Below, piece by piece: positions 29,301 to 39,717 of a stretch of 64,000 nucleotides of DNA. Numbering within the stretch: the first letter of the stretch is position 1; each line of letters begins with the position of its first letter. The position numbers were made by a program, and so were the translations under genes. The DNA lies in the NCBI GenBank assembly GCA_002839825.1, contig PGYU01000001.1:462698-526697 (forward strand), read 5' to 3'. The notes beneath the pieces are model-generated. The model worked only from the letters and a program-made list of their open reading frames with translations. It was not told where the DNA came from and ran no database searches. The DNA comes from Ignavibacteriae bacterium HGW-Ignavibacteriae-1. Lineage in GTDB: Bacteria; Bacteroidota; Ignavibacteria; Kapaibacteriales; UBA2268.

Positions 29301-30100
29301 TGCAAGACGCATGGCTTATGATTTTGAGCCAATGCCATCATTACATTTATCGAAACATCAATTTTATCGGCTTCAATATTATCTAAATACCATCCACCGG
29401 TTTCTATGCTAACGTTCTTAAGCTTTTCAGGGATTTTTCGACCAATGCAAAGTGTATAAACTTGAATATCGTTTGCTTTGCTCAAATTGATGATTTCAGT
29501 GTCGTTTATAGCTCCGGCACCGTCAGTAATGAAAAATATGACTTTTTTATTCGTTCCCCTATTGATGATTTTGATACCATTTGCAGGTTCGCTCAGGAAA
29601 GCAATATCGAAAAGTGAGCCTCGTGACGGCTGCAAAAGATCAATCTCGTTCAATAAGTTGCTTCTTGAAGTGTCAATTTCACGATTCAAATAGCTTCTTA
29701 TGTCATAAGTAGAAATCGCACATTCATCTCCGGGAAACTTCAGCCTATTGACGATTTTTGTCGCGAGCTGCTTTCCGAGATTAAATGGGTTGTCGGGATT
29801 CTCGTTATGATTGAGAGCCAAATCAAATAATATATTGACAGACAAGAAAGTTGTATCAGGAATCGCGCTGCAAACGTAGGAATTTGTAGTCGGTACGTTC
29901 AATCCATTATCACGAACAACGAAATTATTCTTATTCAGATTATAAACGGGATTGCCGTTTGCATCAAACACGAATACAGATGCACTCATTGCCGGATATT
30001 TTGAAAAATCCTTTGTGACTATGCTCATAGTACCTTGAGCGTTAGCACAAACATTATAAAAAATCAGAAAGACCGAGAATATTAGAATTTTACCTAACAT
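26312..30100 (-). CDS. Large secreted protein: N-terminal vWA domain, WD40 beta-propeller repeats, C-terminal T9SS sorting domain
   Basis: Signal peptide. A vWA-like region with VIFFITDGAG. WD40 repeats (GHTRPLTWATFDPNDKYVATSSTDSMVMIWSL, SWDSTAKIWNL). The T9SS CTD GVYFYILETPTQTIMKKMEIKN. Confidence 0.7.
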   Translation of the reverse strand: MLGKILIFSVFLIFYNVCANAQGTMSIVTKDFSKYPAMSASVFVFDANGNPVYNLNKNNFVVRDNGLNVPTTNSYVCSAIPDTTFLSVNILFDLALNHNENPDNPFNLGKQLATKIVNRLKFPGDECAISTYDIRSYLNREIDTSRSNLLNEIDLLQPSRGSLFDIAFLSEPANGIKIINRGTNKKVIFFITDGAGAINDTEIINLSKANDIQVYTLCIGRKIPEKLKNVSIETGGWYLDNIEADKIDVSINVMMALAQNHKPCVLQWDNFVSCDDEHTAEIVLPSLNLRDSFNFSFQNAQKASIVSEPQFIGFSSVEVGNKKRLSLTITARNRDILIQELQIDEPFSIVEGNVTNYLLAQNDFLNLTIEYEPQHEAIVFTEIKVISDACDIVPIYITGGFPNTKPIEKTVKIVHPNGGEYLIIGDTSFVEWIGLLPKDVIQLQYSIDNGRKWDTLATNVTGLRKDWVIPNKPSDSCLVKILQLWPNNVGFTLDLKHNGRVNSGFFNREGDLVVTASSDTTAVVWVANTGAKKFILRGHTRPLTWATFDPNDKYVATSSTDSMVMIWSLEDGSLVKVLEDHATRVESVNWSSTGDYLVSSDYLGNVIVWNTNWEIEKKVQSNKGVTWFADFNPIDENLIITANQGGKVKVFNWVNYTLGDMPLVVYDTKSIECTHVTYNTDATKVAAATSSGEPKVLYVWDVNTTDPPLYSITHNIEPGDNNSINFSSFFMHPDLGREVLLTTSTDQTARLWDASDGSPERINDFITDNVFKEHKNSVTTAVFDRFGSRVMTSSWDSTAKIWNLDQKELQQDVSDSVFTIAFAEGKGFEHEFGEVVVDELIDSVFQYVFVNESKFAYNIRNISIGGNHAADFEINSDLEFPILLQSGDTLSLELRFMPKGLGMRSGNLEFQIPGRIIETTLTGFGIERTLKANNRLVDFKLIDVGSIKDSTFIALVTNTSSSPLNITNVGLVGSYRFDFGAIGDKVVTIPAGSDLMMTLRFSPKLIGRKNAQVYFEHDGLGSPTIVNLFGEGVFARNDSITIYIGDHTAEDGDVIQVPIKITGIGEFGIAPSIEGFRTQVKFNATMLEPLDGFTKSTIINGENFIDVDLPTTFGADSVLKTLTFKVGLGNDSITTLTTEFTYPIGFGRVNIFDKAGSFTLTGYCIEGGPRLFDPNGRISLSQNEPNPAVEKTNITIEVVETGVTKLYISDIFGRVVRNVIESSLSPGEHQFSVFTGDLSSGVYFYILETPTQTIMKKMEIKN

Positions 30101-30255
30101 ATATAAAAATCCCCCCTAATGTCCCAAAAACATCTACAAATTTATACATTTATAATGACTTAACGCACAAATTATGTTCCAATTTTTCAACTCGAACGTC
30201 TTAAAATAAAAAGATGCTTCAATAGTGTACTTATAAATATTTATTATGAAAAAAA

Positions 30256-31218
30256 GTGATTTATATGCTAAAATTTCTCATGACTCTAACTTTGCTTCTG
30301 ACACTATCAATACAATTAACGTTTAGCCAAATCTTTTATGATGAAAGCGATGTTGATGAAAATTACGACCCAAAGCAAGATATGATTATAAAGGAGCTTC
30401 AAGAGTTCAAACTCAAGTTCTTCAAAGGAGACACAATAAGATACAGAGTCTCATCTCACGACAGCATAATTGTGGATTACGATGAAGCCATTGTCAAAAC
30501 TCGATTTGAATTATATGAAGTTATATGCGATTCAGTTTCCAAGAATAACAAATTTCATCTAAGAATGAGGCTCAAAAGCTATATCGCGGATGAGCGAAAA
30601 GGTAAAATGGCGCCTGTTCGGAGAGAAACGCATACTTGGATTGGTCGTGAAGTATTTCTAACCTTAGATTCTCTTGGGAGAAGACATGGCGTAGGGATGG
30701 ATGATTCAACTTTGTATTCAATGTCTCCGGGTGGTGCATTTCAACCCTCGCTTTTTGTCCCATTTGGCGATACCTATAAATTCATAAATGAATCATGGTC
30801 AATCAAAAGTTTAGATACATTAGTCGAAAACGGTTGTCCGTCTCCCCTTGTCAGTCAAGCTTTCCTTTTCAGAGCCGAACATCCGATTGACACTTTAGAC
30901 CATGAATCAGTTAGATTTAGATTTATTCGGACTGCCCAGGGCGCCGTTACAGTTATATCCGATGATACAAAAATTAGAATTGATGCTGTTTTGAACGGTT
31001 CAGGGAATATGATAATTTCAACTATTGATTTTTTGCCTATACATCAATTTGCCAACATTGAACAAAAAATGAAATTGAAATACCCCGACGATACCGAACT
31101 TCCGATTTGGCATTTTAATTCTACTGATTTTGTCATAGATGACATAAAACCGGGTCCCGGCAGGTTAGCTTTCCGCGAACAAAATAAGAAAGCCAAAGTT
31201 GATTTGGAAAACAAGTAG
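30256..31218 (+). CDS. Hypothetical secreted protein
   Basis: Signal peptide. No domain I recognise. Confidence 0.5.
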   Translation: MIYMLKFLMTLTLLLTLSIQLTFSQIFYDESDVDENYDPKQDMIIKELQEFKLKFFKGDTIRYRVSSHDSIIVDYDEAIVKTRFELYEVICDSVSKNNKFHLRMRLKSYIADERKGKMAPVRRETHTWIGREVFLTLDSLGRRHGVGMDDSTLYSMSPGGAFQPSLFVPFGDTYKFINESWSIKSLDTLVENGCPSPLVSQAFLFRAEHPIDTLDHESVRFRFIRTAQGAVTVISDDTKIRIDAVLNGSGNMIISTIDFLPIHQFANIEQKMKLKYPDDTELPIWHFNSTDFVIDDIKPGPGRLAFREQNKKAKVDLENK

Positions 31219-31222
31219 AAAG

Positions 31223-32710
31223 TTATTTTTCTGAATCTGCTACAGCAACAGCAACTGCAGCATCGCCTGAAACATTGCTTATGGTCCGTGCCATATCCAA
31301 GATTCTGTCCACGCCTATTATCAGTGCGATTCCTTGCGGAGGTATATGCACAGCTTGAAGTATCATCACGAGCATTATGATGCCAACGCCCGGCACAGGT
31401 GCTGTACCTATAGATGCCAAAACTGCAGTTATAACAATCGTTAATTGGTCAGTAATTGACAAATCAATTCCATAAACTTGTGCGATAAAAACAGCCGCGA
31501 CGCCTTGGTATAATGCAGTGCCGTCCATGTTAATAGTTGCTCCGAGCGGAAGGACGAAACCTGAAATTCGTTTCGGTACTTTCAAATTCTCTTCTACACA
31601 TTCCATAGTAATCGGCAGCGTGGCAGCGCTTGAGCTTGTTGAAAATGCAATTATCTGAGCCTCACGAATCCCGACAAAGAAATCTTTTATTTTTCGTTTT
31701 GTGAATATTTTTAAAATTGAAGGATAGATTATCAAAGTTTGAAGAGATAAACCAAGCAAAACTGCGAAAATGTACCATACGAGTGTGGAGATGATTTCAA
31801 ATCCAAAATCGGCTACTGTGGCGGCAATTAATGCAAAAACACCATATGGTGCCATAATCATTATGAAATCAACCATTTTAACCATCACATCACTCATCCC
31901 CGCAAAAAATCCAATCACCGGTTGGGCATTCTCCTTTTTGATGAATGTCAGCATCAATCCAAAGAAAACTGCGAAAAACACTATCTGAAGCATATTTCCA
32001 CTTGCTATCGCTTCAAATGGATTCTTTGGGACAATATTGACTAAGAAATCAATAATATCAACATCAAGATTTGAAACGATTTTCTCGGAGGATTCCTCGC
32101 TATATGCAGCCATGAGCCTATTTTTAGTCTCCTCATGAATCCTTTCGCCGGGCTGAATCACATTTGCCAAGACTAAACCAATTGTAATCGCTATGGCTGT
32201 TGTAGTTAAATAGAGAGCAAAAGTTTTAGTTCCAATTCTGCCAAGCTTTTTGATATCCTCCAGACTTGATGCACCAATTATCAGCGATGAGATTACAAGA
32301 GGAATAGCCAAAAAACTCAGAAGTCGGATAAACAAATCACCAAGTGGCTTCAGTCGAGTGGCTATTGTGGGTTTCTTTTTGATGCTGTGGATAGAGCTAA
32401 TTGTGCTTTGCTTGCCGTCAATATGCTCAACTTTGATTGAAAGATTTGATTGGTTTGAATACTTTTTGAAAAATCGAATGATTGCTTGTTGGTTGATTTT
32501 GTCAAATTTAACCAAAACACTGTCGGGGTTTGAACTATCTACAAATGAAATACTACTCCAATCTTCTACTATGGATTCAATTTCATTTTTTTCGTGGGAA
32601 TAATTGACAATCAGAGCACTTTGATCAACCTTGAAAAATGCACCGAAAATTGCTCCGAGTAGGAGTGCCACAAGAATTTGATAATGTAGAGCAATTTTGG
32701 GAAATTTCAT
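31223..32710 (-). CDS. Dicarboxylate/amino acid:cation symporter (DAACS/SDF family, GltP-like) with a ~100 aa extracytoplasmic insertion after TM1
   Basis: Conserved SDF region GIDLSITDQLTIVITAVLASIGTAPVPGVG and eight or more TM segments. There is a long hydrophilic insert between the first and second helices. Confidence 0.8.
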   Translation of the reverse strand: MKFPKIALHYQILVALLLGAIFGAFFKVDQSALIVNYSHEKNEIESIVEDWSSISFVDSSNPDSVLVKFDKINQQAIIRFFKKYSNQSNLSIKVEHIDGKQSTISSIHSIKKKPTIATRLKPLGDLFIRLLSFLAIPLVISSLIIGASSLEDIKKLGRIGTKTFALYLTTTAIAITIGLVLANVIQPGERIHEETKNRLMAAYSEESSEKIVSNLDVDIIDFLVNIVPKNPFEAIASGNMLQIVFFAVFFGLMLTFIKKENAQPVIGFFAGMSDVMVKMVDFIMIMAPYGVFALIAATVADFGFEIISTLVWYIFAVLLGLSLQTLIIYPSILKIFTKRKIKDFFVGIREAQIIAFSTSSSAATLPITMECVEENLKVPKRISGFVLPLGATINMDGTALYQGVAAVFIAQVYGIDLSITDQLTIVITAVLASIGTAPVPGVGIIMLVMILQAVHIPPQGIALIIGVDRILDMARTISNVSGDAAVAVAVADSEK

Positions 32711-33996
32711 TTTTGATTAGAGATTTTATCCGCAATTTTAAGTTCAAGATTTTTAATTTCAATTTCGACCGACGGAACAAAAGTTACTAACTTATTATCG
32801 TATCTTGCCAAATCAAGGAATTGCCTGAAATCTTCGATAGCATTTTCGTAATCGTTGATTTGCTTATAGGCATTTGCGCGATTGAAATATAATTCTGCAT
32901 TTTTCTTGTCCAAATTGATTGCCAAGGAATAATCACCAATCGCTTTGTCATATTTACTCAGATTAAACAAGGCATTCGCACGATTCTGGTAATAGCTTGA
33001 ATTATTTGGGCTTAAATCAATCAACTTATTATACATCATTATAGCATCATCATAATTCTTTGATTCATAATAGATTATCGCAACATTACCTAAAGCGTCC
33101 TGTTCATTCGGTTCTATTTTTAAGACAGCATTGTAATCTTCTAAAGCTCTATCAAATTGTCCCAAATTGTAATAAATAACTGCACGATTGAAGTATGATA
33201 GTTTGGGGTTGAACCCAATATTAATCAAATGCGAAAAATCTTGGATAGCCAAATCATGATGTTCTAATTCGGAATTAGCAATGGCTCGATTGAACATAGT
33301 GTTATTTTCATGTTCTCGCTCCAAAACTCTGTTGTAGTCATTAATTGCAGCCGGAAGATTGCCGAGTTTGTGAAAGATTGGACCACGAAGTTGGTATGCT
33401 TCAACAAATTGCGAATTAAGTTCAATTGTTTTGTTCAAATCAATCAGTGCTTTTTCCAATTCGTTAGTTTCATAAAACACTGTCGCTCTGGTATAATATG
33501 CTTTATAATCATCAGCTTGAATTGAAATAACTTTGTCCAAATCACTAAGAGCTAAATCAAATTTACCCATTTCAGCATAAAAATTTGCTCTGCTGTAATA
33601 CAAATTATGATTGCCGGGCTCGATTTCTATAGCTTTTGCCAAATCTGATTGTGCCTTATCGGCAATCTTCAATTCACGATAAGTTGAAGCCCGATTATGA
33701 TATGCACCGGAAAATGAGCGTTTAAGTTCGATTGCAATAGTAAAATCATTCAAGGCATCTTCGTACTTTTTGATGTTGAAAAGTGCCGAACCACGTGCAT
33801 TATAAGCTTCTGCAAAAGTTGAATCTATAGCGATAGATTTATCCAAAAATTCGATAGCTTTTTCATTGTTACCATCTTGCAAATAGCCCAAGCCCTCGTT
33901 GTAAAACTCAATAGCTTGATTGTCATATTGACTGTACAATTTTGGTAATATGAACAAGGATAACAAAAAGGCATATATTATGATATTAGTTTTCAT
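32707..33996 (-). CDS. TPR-repeat protein (about 10 TPRs), secreted
   Basis: Repeated A..Y..rg......a..D... TPR pattern and an N-terminal signal. Confidence 0.65.
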   Translation of the reverse strand: MKTNIIIYAFLLSLFILPKLYSQYDNQAIEFYNEGLGYLQDGNNEKAIEFLDKSIAIDSTFAEAYNARGSALFNIKKYEDALNDFTIAIELKRSFSGAYHNRASTYRELKIADKAQSDLAKAIEIEPGNHNLYYSRANFYAEMGKFDLALSDLDKVISIQADDYKAYYTRATVFYETNELEKALIDLNKTIELNSQFVEAYQLRGPIFHKLGNLPAAINDYNRVLEREHENNTMFNRAIANSELEHHDLAIQDFSHLINIGFNPKLSYFNRAVIYYNLGQFDRALEDYNAVLKIEPNEQDALGNVAIIYYESKNYDDAIMMYNKLIDLSPNNSSYYQNRANALFNLSKYDKAIGDYSLAINLDKKNAELYFNRANAYKQINDYENAIEDFRQFLDLARYDNKLVTFVPSVEIEIKNLELKIADKISNQK

Positions 33997-34402
33997 TTGG
34001 GAAACTGAAAATTGGTTCGAAAATAACTTTGGGGTCTAAACTTCTGGTAACGGGACAAATCTTGACAACATTGTTCAAGATTTCTTGTGTTTTCGGGTCG
34101 AATCTGCGAGGATATTGAATTTCTAATGTTAATTTGCCTACACGACGATGAGGGTCATGTACCATTTCTTTAGTTACATCAATCTTCAAGCCTCCTAAAT
34201 CAACGCCCAAATCACGAGCTTTAATACCCATGATAGTTGCGATGCAAGAGCCAATAGATGCAGCCAGTAAGTCCGTAGGCGAAATGTACTCGGCTTTACC
34301 TTGATTATCAAGTGGTGCGTCTGTCAAAAAACTCTGTCCAGATGGACCATGAGTTACTTGGCAGTGCAAATCATTTAAGTATTCTACATGTATCTTAACC
34401 AT
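33986..34402 (-). CDS. OsmC/Ohr family protein
   Basis: GSCIATIMGIKARDLGVDL, the OsmC-like fold pattern. Length is 138 aa. Confidence 0.65.
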   Translation of the reverse strand: MVKIHVEYLNDLHCQVTHGPSGQSFLTDAPLDNQGKAEYISPTDLLAASIGSCIATIMGIKARDLGVDLGGLKIDVTKEMVHDPHRRVGKLTLEIQYPRRFDPKTQEILNNVVKICPVTRSLDPKVIFEPIFSFPNEN

Positions 34403-34526
34403 AGCCTACTAATATAGTAAATATTTTTAATAAAAACAAAACTCATGCCACCATAATGAACGAATATGTGTGGACATTGTTAAATTTGTATTAATAAATA
34501 CTATTATTTATAGAAAATATTGGTTT

Positions 34527-35489
34527 TTAAGTGCGGATTTCTACTTTGACATGTTCATGAGCATGGTATGAACTACGGACAAGAGGACCTGATTCGACAT
34601 GACCAATGCCATTTTCTTCACCAACTCTTTTGAACTCTCTGAATTGGTCAGGAGTTACGAAACGGTCAACAGGCGTATGGTTGACTGATGGTTGAAGATA
34701 TTGCCCGATAGTCATAATGTCAAGTTTGATATTTATTAAATCTTTCATCAGTTCATAGACTTCATCATCAATTTCGCCGATTCCCACCATTATACCTGAT
34801 TTGGTTCTAAGTCCTGCAGCTTTGCAATAGCTTAAAACATCGAGTGATTGTTGATATTTGGCTTGTGGTCTGATTTTTTTGTAAAGTCTTGGGACTGTTT
34901 CCATATTATGATTCAAAATATCGGGAGCAGCTTGGATTACTCTATCCAAGCATTTGGTATCGCCTTTGAAATCGGGAATCAAAACCTCGATGGTAGTTTC
35001 GGGATTTAATTCGCGAATTCTGTAAATTGTTTCAGCCCAAATTGTGGAACCTTGGTCTTTAAGTTCGTCTCGATTGACAGAAGTAACTACGGCATGTTTG
35101 ACGCCCATCTTTCTGACAGACATTGCAACATCATAAGGTTCGTTTTTATTGATTGTGTGAGGAATGCCGGTTTTAATGGCGCAAAAACTACATGCACGGG
35201 TGCAAGTGTCACCAAGAATCATGAAAGTAGCTGTTCCATGCGCCCAACATTCGCCGATATTTGGGCAATGTGCTTCTTCGCAAACAGTATGCAAAGACTT
35301 GCTTCGCATCAAATTTTGGATAAACGCATACGAGTCGCCGCCGGGTGCTTTAACCTTGAGCCATTCAGGGCGTTGTCCGACAGTAGTTTTTAATTCCGGG
35401 TTGTTGCGCTTTGCTTTTACGGGGATATTGAACTTTGGCTTTTCAATTATTTCATCTCTGTGTGGCAACAAATCTATTTTATCATTCAT
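34527..35489 (-). CDS. lipA: Lipoyl synthase
   Basis: CEEAHCPNIGECW and radical-SAM CTRACSFCAI motifs. Confidence 0.9.
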   Translation of the reverse strand: MNDKIDLLPHRDEIIEKPKFNIPVKAKRNNPELKTTVGQRPEWLKVKAPGGDSYAFIQNLMRSKSLHTVCEEAHCPNIGECWAHGTATFMILGDTCTRACSFCAIKTGIPHTINKNEPYDVAMSVRKMGVKHAVVTSVNRDELKDQGSTIWAETIYRIRELNPETTIEVLIPDFKGDTKCLDRVIQAAPDILNHNMETVPRLYKKIRPQAKYQQSLDVLSYCKAAGLRTKSGIMVGIGEIDDEVYELMKDLINIKLDIMTIGQYLQPSVNHTPVDRFVTPDQFREFKRVGEENGIGHVESGPLVRSSYHAHEHVKVEIRT

Positions 35490-35495
35490 TAAATA

Positions 35496-36356
35496 TTAGC
35501 CTAAATATGACCTTAAAGTTTTTGAGCGTGAGGCGTGTCTGAGCCTTCTGATAGCTTTTTCTTTTATTTGGCGAACTCTTTCACGAGTAAGATTGAATTT
35601 TTCGCCGATTTCTTCGAGCGTTAAGCATTGTCCGTCTAAGCCGAAATAATATTTGATTACGTCTGCTTCGCGTAATGACAATGTTGTCAATACTTGTTGT
35701 ACTTCTACTCTGAGTGATTCTCTTATAAGTTCGGAATCAGGTGGTGGTTGTTGCTCATTTGGCAATACATCTAGTAAGCGATTATCTTCGCCTTGTACAA
35801 ATGGAGCATCTACTGAAAGGTGTCTTCCGGAAATTTTGATTGTTTCGGAAATTTCGTTCACACTCATATTGAGCTGTTCTGCCAATTCCGCAGCAGTTGG
35901 TTCACGTTCAAATTCTTGCTCTAATTCGGAGAATTTCTTCCCGATTTTATTTAGTGCCCCAACACGGTTAAGTGGCAATCTTACGATACGAGATTGCTCC
36001 GCCAGAGCTTGCAAAATTGATTGGCGAATCCACCAAACAGCATATGAAATAAATCTGAATCCTCGAGTTTCGTCGAAACGTTTAGCTGCTTTAATCAAAC
36101 CCAAGTTGCCTTCGTTGATTAAATCGCCCAAACTCAAACCTTGATTTTGATATTGTTTTGCAACAGAAACAACAAATCGCAAATTCGCTTTTACAAGTCT
36201 TTCAAGTGCAAAGTACCCTTCGCTCCCACCCTTTTTGATGAGCTGAGCAAGTGTAATTTCATTATCGGTAGTTAATAAATCAACTCTGCCGATTTCTTGC
36301 AAATATTTGTCTAATGACTGACTTTCACGATTTGTATATTGTTTTGTGATTCTCAT
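35496..36356 (-). CDS. rpoD: RNA polymerase primary sigma factor (short Bacteroidota-type SigA)
   Basis: Region 2 [35 protein letters not shown], plus regions 3 and 4. Length is 286 aa. Confidence 0.85.
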   Translation of the reverse strand: MRITKQYTNRESQSLDKYLQEIGRVDLLTTDNEITLAQLIKKGGSEGYFALERLVKANLRFVVSVAKQYQNQGLSLGDLINEGNLGLIKAAKRFDETRGFRFISYAVWWIRQSILQALAEQSRIVRLPLNRVGALNKIGKKFSELEQEFEREPTAAELAEQLNMSVNEISETIKISGRHLSVDAPFVQGEDNRLLDVLPNEQQPPPDSELIRESLRVEVQQVLTTLSLREADVIKYYFGLDGQCLTLEEIGEKFNLTRERVRQIKEKAIRRLRHASRSKTLRSYLG

Positions 36357-36421
36357 TTTTTCAGATATCCAATTATATAATGAAGAATGGACGCTTAATG
36401 TCTATGTATATTTTGCACGTT

Positions 36422-38071
36422 TTAGTCGTTTTCTCTTCTTAACAAAGTTTTGTAAGTATTGTTGCTCATCAAACTAACAGCCGATTTGACATAATTATCT
36501 CTGCTCATGATGAAGGAATAAAATTCTTCTTCATTCATAGAGCGACGATAAATCTCATATTCCAGAATTTCTGTCAAATCTTCTCGCAAATTTTTTATCA
36601 ACTGTTCATCTTTTTTTGCTAATTCAGCTTTCAATTGTTCAATAATTTTTGTTGAAGATGCAGATTTCAAACCTTGTTTGTCAAGTTCGGAATTGATTTC
36701 GTCCAAATCTTCTTCATATCGGAACTTGAAATCATATTTTACCTCTTTCAAATATTTCAAAAAGCTTTCGTAAGACTTTTCGGGAACAAATTCAGTTTTG
36801 TTTAATCTTAATGATGTAGCATATTGATTAGCAAAATCGAAGAAAACTTGTTTCATATTCATATCATAAATTAAATCTTGGGATTCTCGCGGTGTAACGG
36901 TGCTATCAGGCTTGATACCGGTAGACTCGAAAACGATTCTACCGTTTTTTGTCTGGAATTGAGTCGAATCAACGATTGCTTGAATTTTCAATTCTGAATC
37001 GGCGTATTGTTCAGCAAAACCGATTCTCTGGATACATCTTCCTGATGGAGTATAGTATTTTGCCGTGGTAATTTTAAGATTTCCGCCATATGGTAAGCTC
37101 ACAACCGATTGGACCAGACCTTTGCCGAATGACTGCTGACCTATTACCAATCCTCGGTCATGGTCCTGAATTGCTCCGGCGACAACTTCGCTGGCACTTG
37201 CTGACGATTGATTGATGAGTACTGCTAATCTGACATTTGTATCAAGTGGGATCTGGCGAGAAATGTACTCGTAGAGTACTTCATTTTCACGCGATTTCGT
37301 TGTCACAATCAAGCTATTCGAAGGTAAAAACAATTCACATATTGAAACTGCTTCTTCGAGTAATCCACCGGGATTATTTCGCAAATCAATCACTAAATTT
37401 TTTAGTTTTTTTGAACTGCTAAGTTTGTTGAAAGCATCTCTGAAGTCTTTATATGAATCCTTGGTGAATCGTTCGAGTATGATAATGCCGGTCGAATCGT
37501 TTACAAATCCTGAGTATGGAACATTTGGCAGCTTGATATTTTCGATGACAACATTGACTTGGAGAGTATCATTTGTATTTAATGATTTGCGAATCACGGT
37601 CAAAAAAAGCTCAGTCCCGGGTTCGCCTTTGGTAAACTCCCTTAATTCAGTCGAATTTTTGTTGATTACGACATTTGAATCAGCTTTGTAAATGTAATCA
37701 CCAATTTTCAAACCACTTTTCTGTGCAGGATAGCCATGCCGTACGTCAACAATTATCAACATACTGTCATGCACACCTACTGTTATTCCAAGTCCCGAAT
37801 AAGTTCCGGATGAAAGGAAATCAACGTCTTGTAATTGTTTTTCGCTGAAGTATTCTGTATATGGGTCAAGAGAAGAAATCATGCCTTCAATTCCGGCGCG
37901 CATAAGTATTTCGGGATCTAAATCAACGACATAGCCATTGAGTAACTCGTTAAATACTGCTCCCTGAATATTGAACGACTTGTTGATTTTATAATATACG
38001 TCTTCATTCGCAAGTAAACTATTGGCAAATAGAATGGTTACGACAAAGACATAAGATATGTATCTTAACAT
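36422..38071 (-). CDS. ctpA: C-terminal processing peptidase, S41 family
   Basis: A PDZ domain, the S41 catalytic region SASASEVVAGAIQD...GKGLVQ and an N-terminal signal. Confidence 0.85.
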   Translation of the reverse strand: MLRYISYVFVVTILFANSLLANEDVYYKINKSFNIQGAVFNELLNGYVVDLDPEILMRAGIEGMISSLDPYTEYFSEKQLQDVDFLSSGTYSGLGITVGVHDSMLIIVDVRHGYPAQKSGLKIGDYIYKADSNVVINKNSTELREFTKGEPGTELFLTVIRKSLNTNDTLQVNVVIENIKLPNVPYSGFVNDSTGIIILERFTKDSYKDFRDAFNKLSSSKKLKNLVIDLRNNPGGLLEEAVSICELFLPSNSLIVTTKSRENEVLYEYISRQIPLDTNVRLAVLINQSSASASEVVAGAIQDHDRGLVIGQQSFGKGLVQSVVSLPYGGNLKITTAKYYTPSGRCIQRIGFAEQYADSELKIQAIVDSTQFQTKNGRIVFESTGIKPDSTVTPRESQDLIYDMNMKQVFFDFANQYATSLRLNKTEFVPEKSYESFLKYLKEVKYDFKFRYEEDLDEINSELDKQGLKSASSTKIIEQLKAELAKKDEQLIKNLREDLTEILEYEIYRRSMNEEEFYSFIMSRDNYVKSAVSLMSNNTYKTLLRREND

Positions 38072-38155
38072 TTGATATAAACTATATATAAATAAGAAAA
38101 TTAGTCAAAAACCATTGAAAATTTCATGATTCACACTTTATGGACTAATTATCAA

Positions 38156-39574
38156 TTAGTATATTTTATCGTTAATGTAGTTTTTGATTTTATCAATTGA
38201 TATTCTTTCCTGCTTCATCGAATCTCTTTCGCGAATGGTTACAGTATTTTCAGTCAAAGACTCACCATCAATTGTAATGCAAAAGGGTGTACCGATTTCG
38301 TCTTGACGGCGATAGCGTCTGCCAATAGCTCCTGAAGAATCATACTGAACTTTCATGGATTTTTGCAAATCTTGATAGACTGATTGCGCCAATTCCGGCA
38401 TTCCATCTTTGTTTACAAGCGGGAAAACAGCAGCAGTAATCGGAGCCAATTTTGGACTGAATCTCAAAACTGTCCGTACATCGGTTTTGCCATTATCGTC
38501 AGTTACGTGTTCTTCGCTATAAGCATTACACAAGAACGCCATTAAGCCACGCGAAACTCCACCGGAAGTTTCAACCACAAATGGAAGATAGCGTTCATTG
38601 TTGACCGCATCAACATATTCCATTTTTTTACCGGAGAATTCTTGATGATTTCTTAAATCAAAATCAGTTCGCGAATGTATTCCTTCGATTTCTCCCCAAC
38701 CGAATGGAAATTCAAACTCGATGTCAACAGCATGATTAGCGTAGTGAGCTAATTTGTCATGATTTTTCCAACGCATTTTCGATTCGTCCATTCCCAAATC
38801 AATGTACCATTGCCATCTTTGCTTTTTCCAATAATCGAACCAATCAAGCTCAGCACCGGGTTTTACAAAGTATTGCATCTCCATTTGCTCAAATTCTCTT
38901 GTTCTGAAGAGAAAATTCTTAGTGTTGATTTCATTTCTAAACGCTTTCCCGATTTGAGCTATTCCAAAAGGAACTTTTTGGCGTGCAGTTTCGGCAATAT
39001 TCTTAAAATTCACAAATATGCCTTGTGCTGATTCAGGGCGAAGGTAAACCACGCTGCTTGCTTCTTCCAATGGACCTATGAATGTTTTGAACATCAGATT
39101 GAAATTTCGCACTTCAGTCCATTCCGTAGTCCCCGAAACAGGGTCTTTGATGCCGTGGTCAAGAATTATAGTCAAGTAGTCGTTATTTTCTTTGATATTC
39201 GCAAGTTTTTGTTCAATTGTATCAGCTTCATCATTTTTATTTTTAGAACGTAATTTGATGATGTGCTCTTCAATCAAATTATCCGCACGAAAACGAGCTT
39301 TACTGACTTTGTTGTCAATCATCGGGTCGCTGAATTGCTTCGTATGTCCGCTTGCGTCCCAAGTTCTTGGGTGCATTAAAATTGAAGCATCAACGCCTTC
39401 GATATCGTCTCTGAATGTCATTGATTTCCACCATGAATCTTTGATTTTGAGCAGCAATTCAACACCCAGCGGACCGTAATCCCAACAACCGTTCAAGCCA
39501 CCATAAATTTCGGATGACTGGAATACGAAGCCACGTCTTTTGGCTAATGATATTATTGTTTCTAACTTGTACAT
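38156..39574 (-). CDS. glyQS: Glycine--tRNA ligase (dimeric GlyQS type)
   Basis: MYKLETIISLAKRRGFVFQSSEIYGGLNGCWDYGPLG. Confidence 0.9.
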   Translation of the reverse strand: MYKLETIISLAKRRGFVFQSSEIYGGLNGCWDYGPLGVELLLKIKDSWWKSMTFRDDIEGVDASILMHPRTWDASGHTKQFSDPMIDNKVSKARFRADNLIEEHIIKLRSKNKNDEADTIEQKLANIKENNDYLTIILDHGIKDPVSGTTEWTEVRNFNLMFKTFIGPLEEASSVVYLRPESAQGIFVNFKNIAETARQKVPFGIAQIGKAFRNEINTKNFLFRTREFEQMEMQYFVKPGAELDWFDYWKKQRWQWYIDLGMDESKMRWKNHDKLAHYANHAVDIEFEFPFGWGEIEGIHSRTDFDLRNHQEFSGKKMEYVDAVNNERYLPFVVETSGGVSRGLMAFLCNAYSEEHVTDDNGKTDVRTVLRFSPKLAPITAAVFPLVNKDGMPELAQSVYQDLQKSMKVQYDSSGAIGRRYRRQDEIGTPFCITIDGESLTENTVTIRERDSMKQERISIDKIKNYINDKIY

Positions 39575-39717
39575 ATTTTTCCCTAAATTTTAGTTTCTTC
39601 TACAATCTTACAAAAATACGACATTCTATTAAACTGATGTTTGCCGATTATCAATTATCTTTGTAAGATTTGCTTTTACACACATGAAAATAATATCCAA
39701 AGAATTAGGAGTGAAAT

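Noticed and set aside
35653-36144. 163 aa plus-strand ORF opposite rpoD, and similar antisense ORFs opposite uvrA (43206-43766), rnhB (13155-13532) and others
   Set aside because: All lie entirely within strongly supported genes on the other strand, and none has a recognisable motif.
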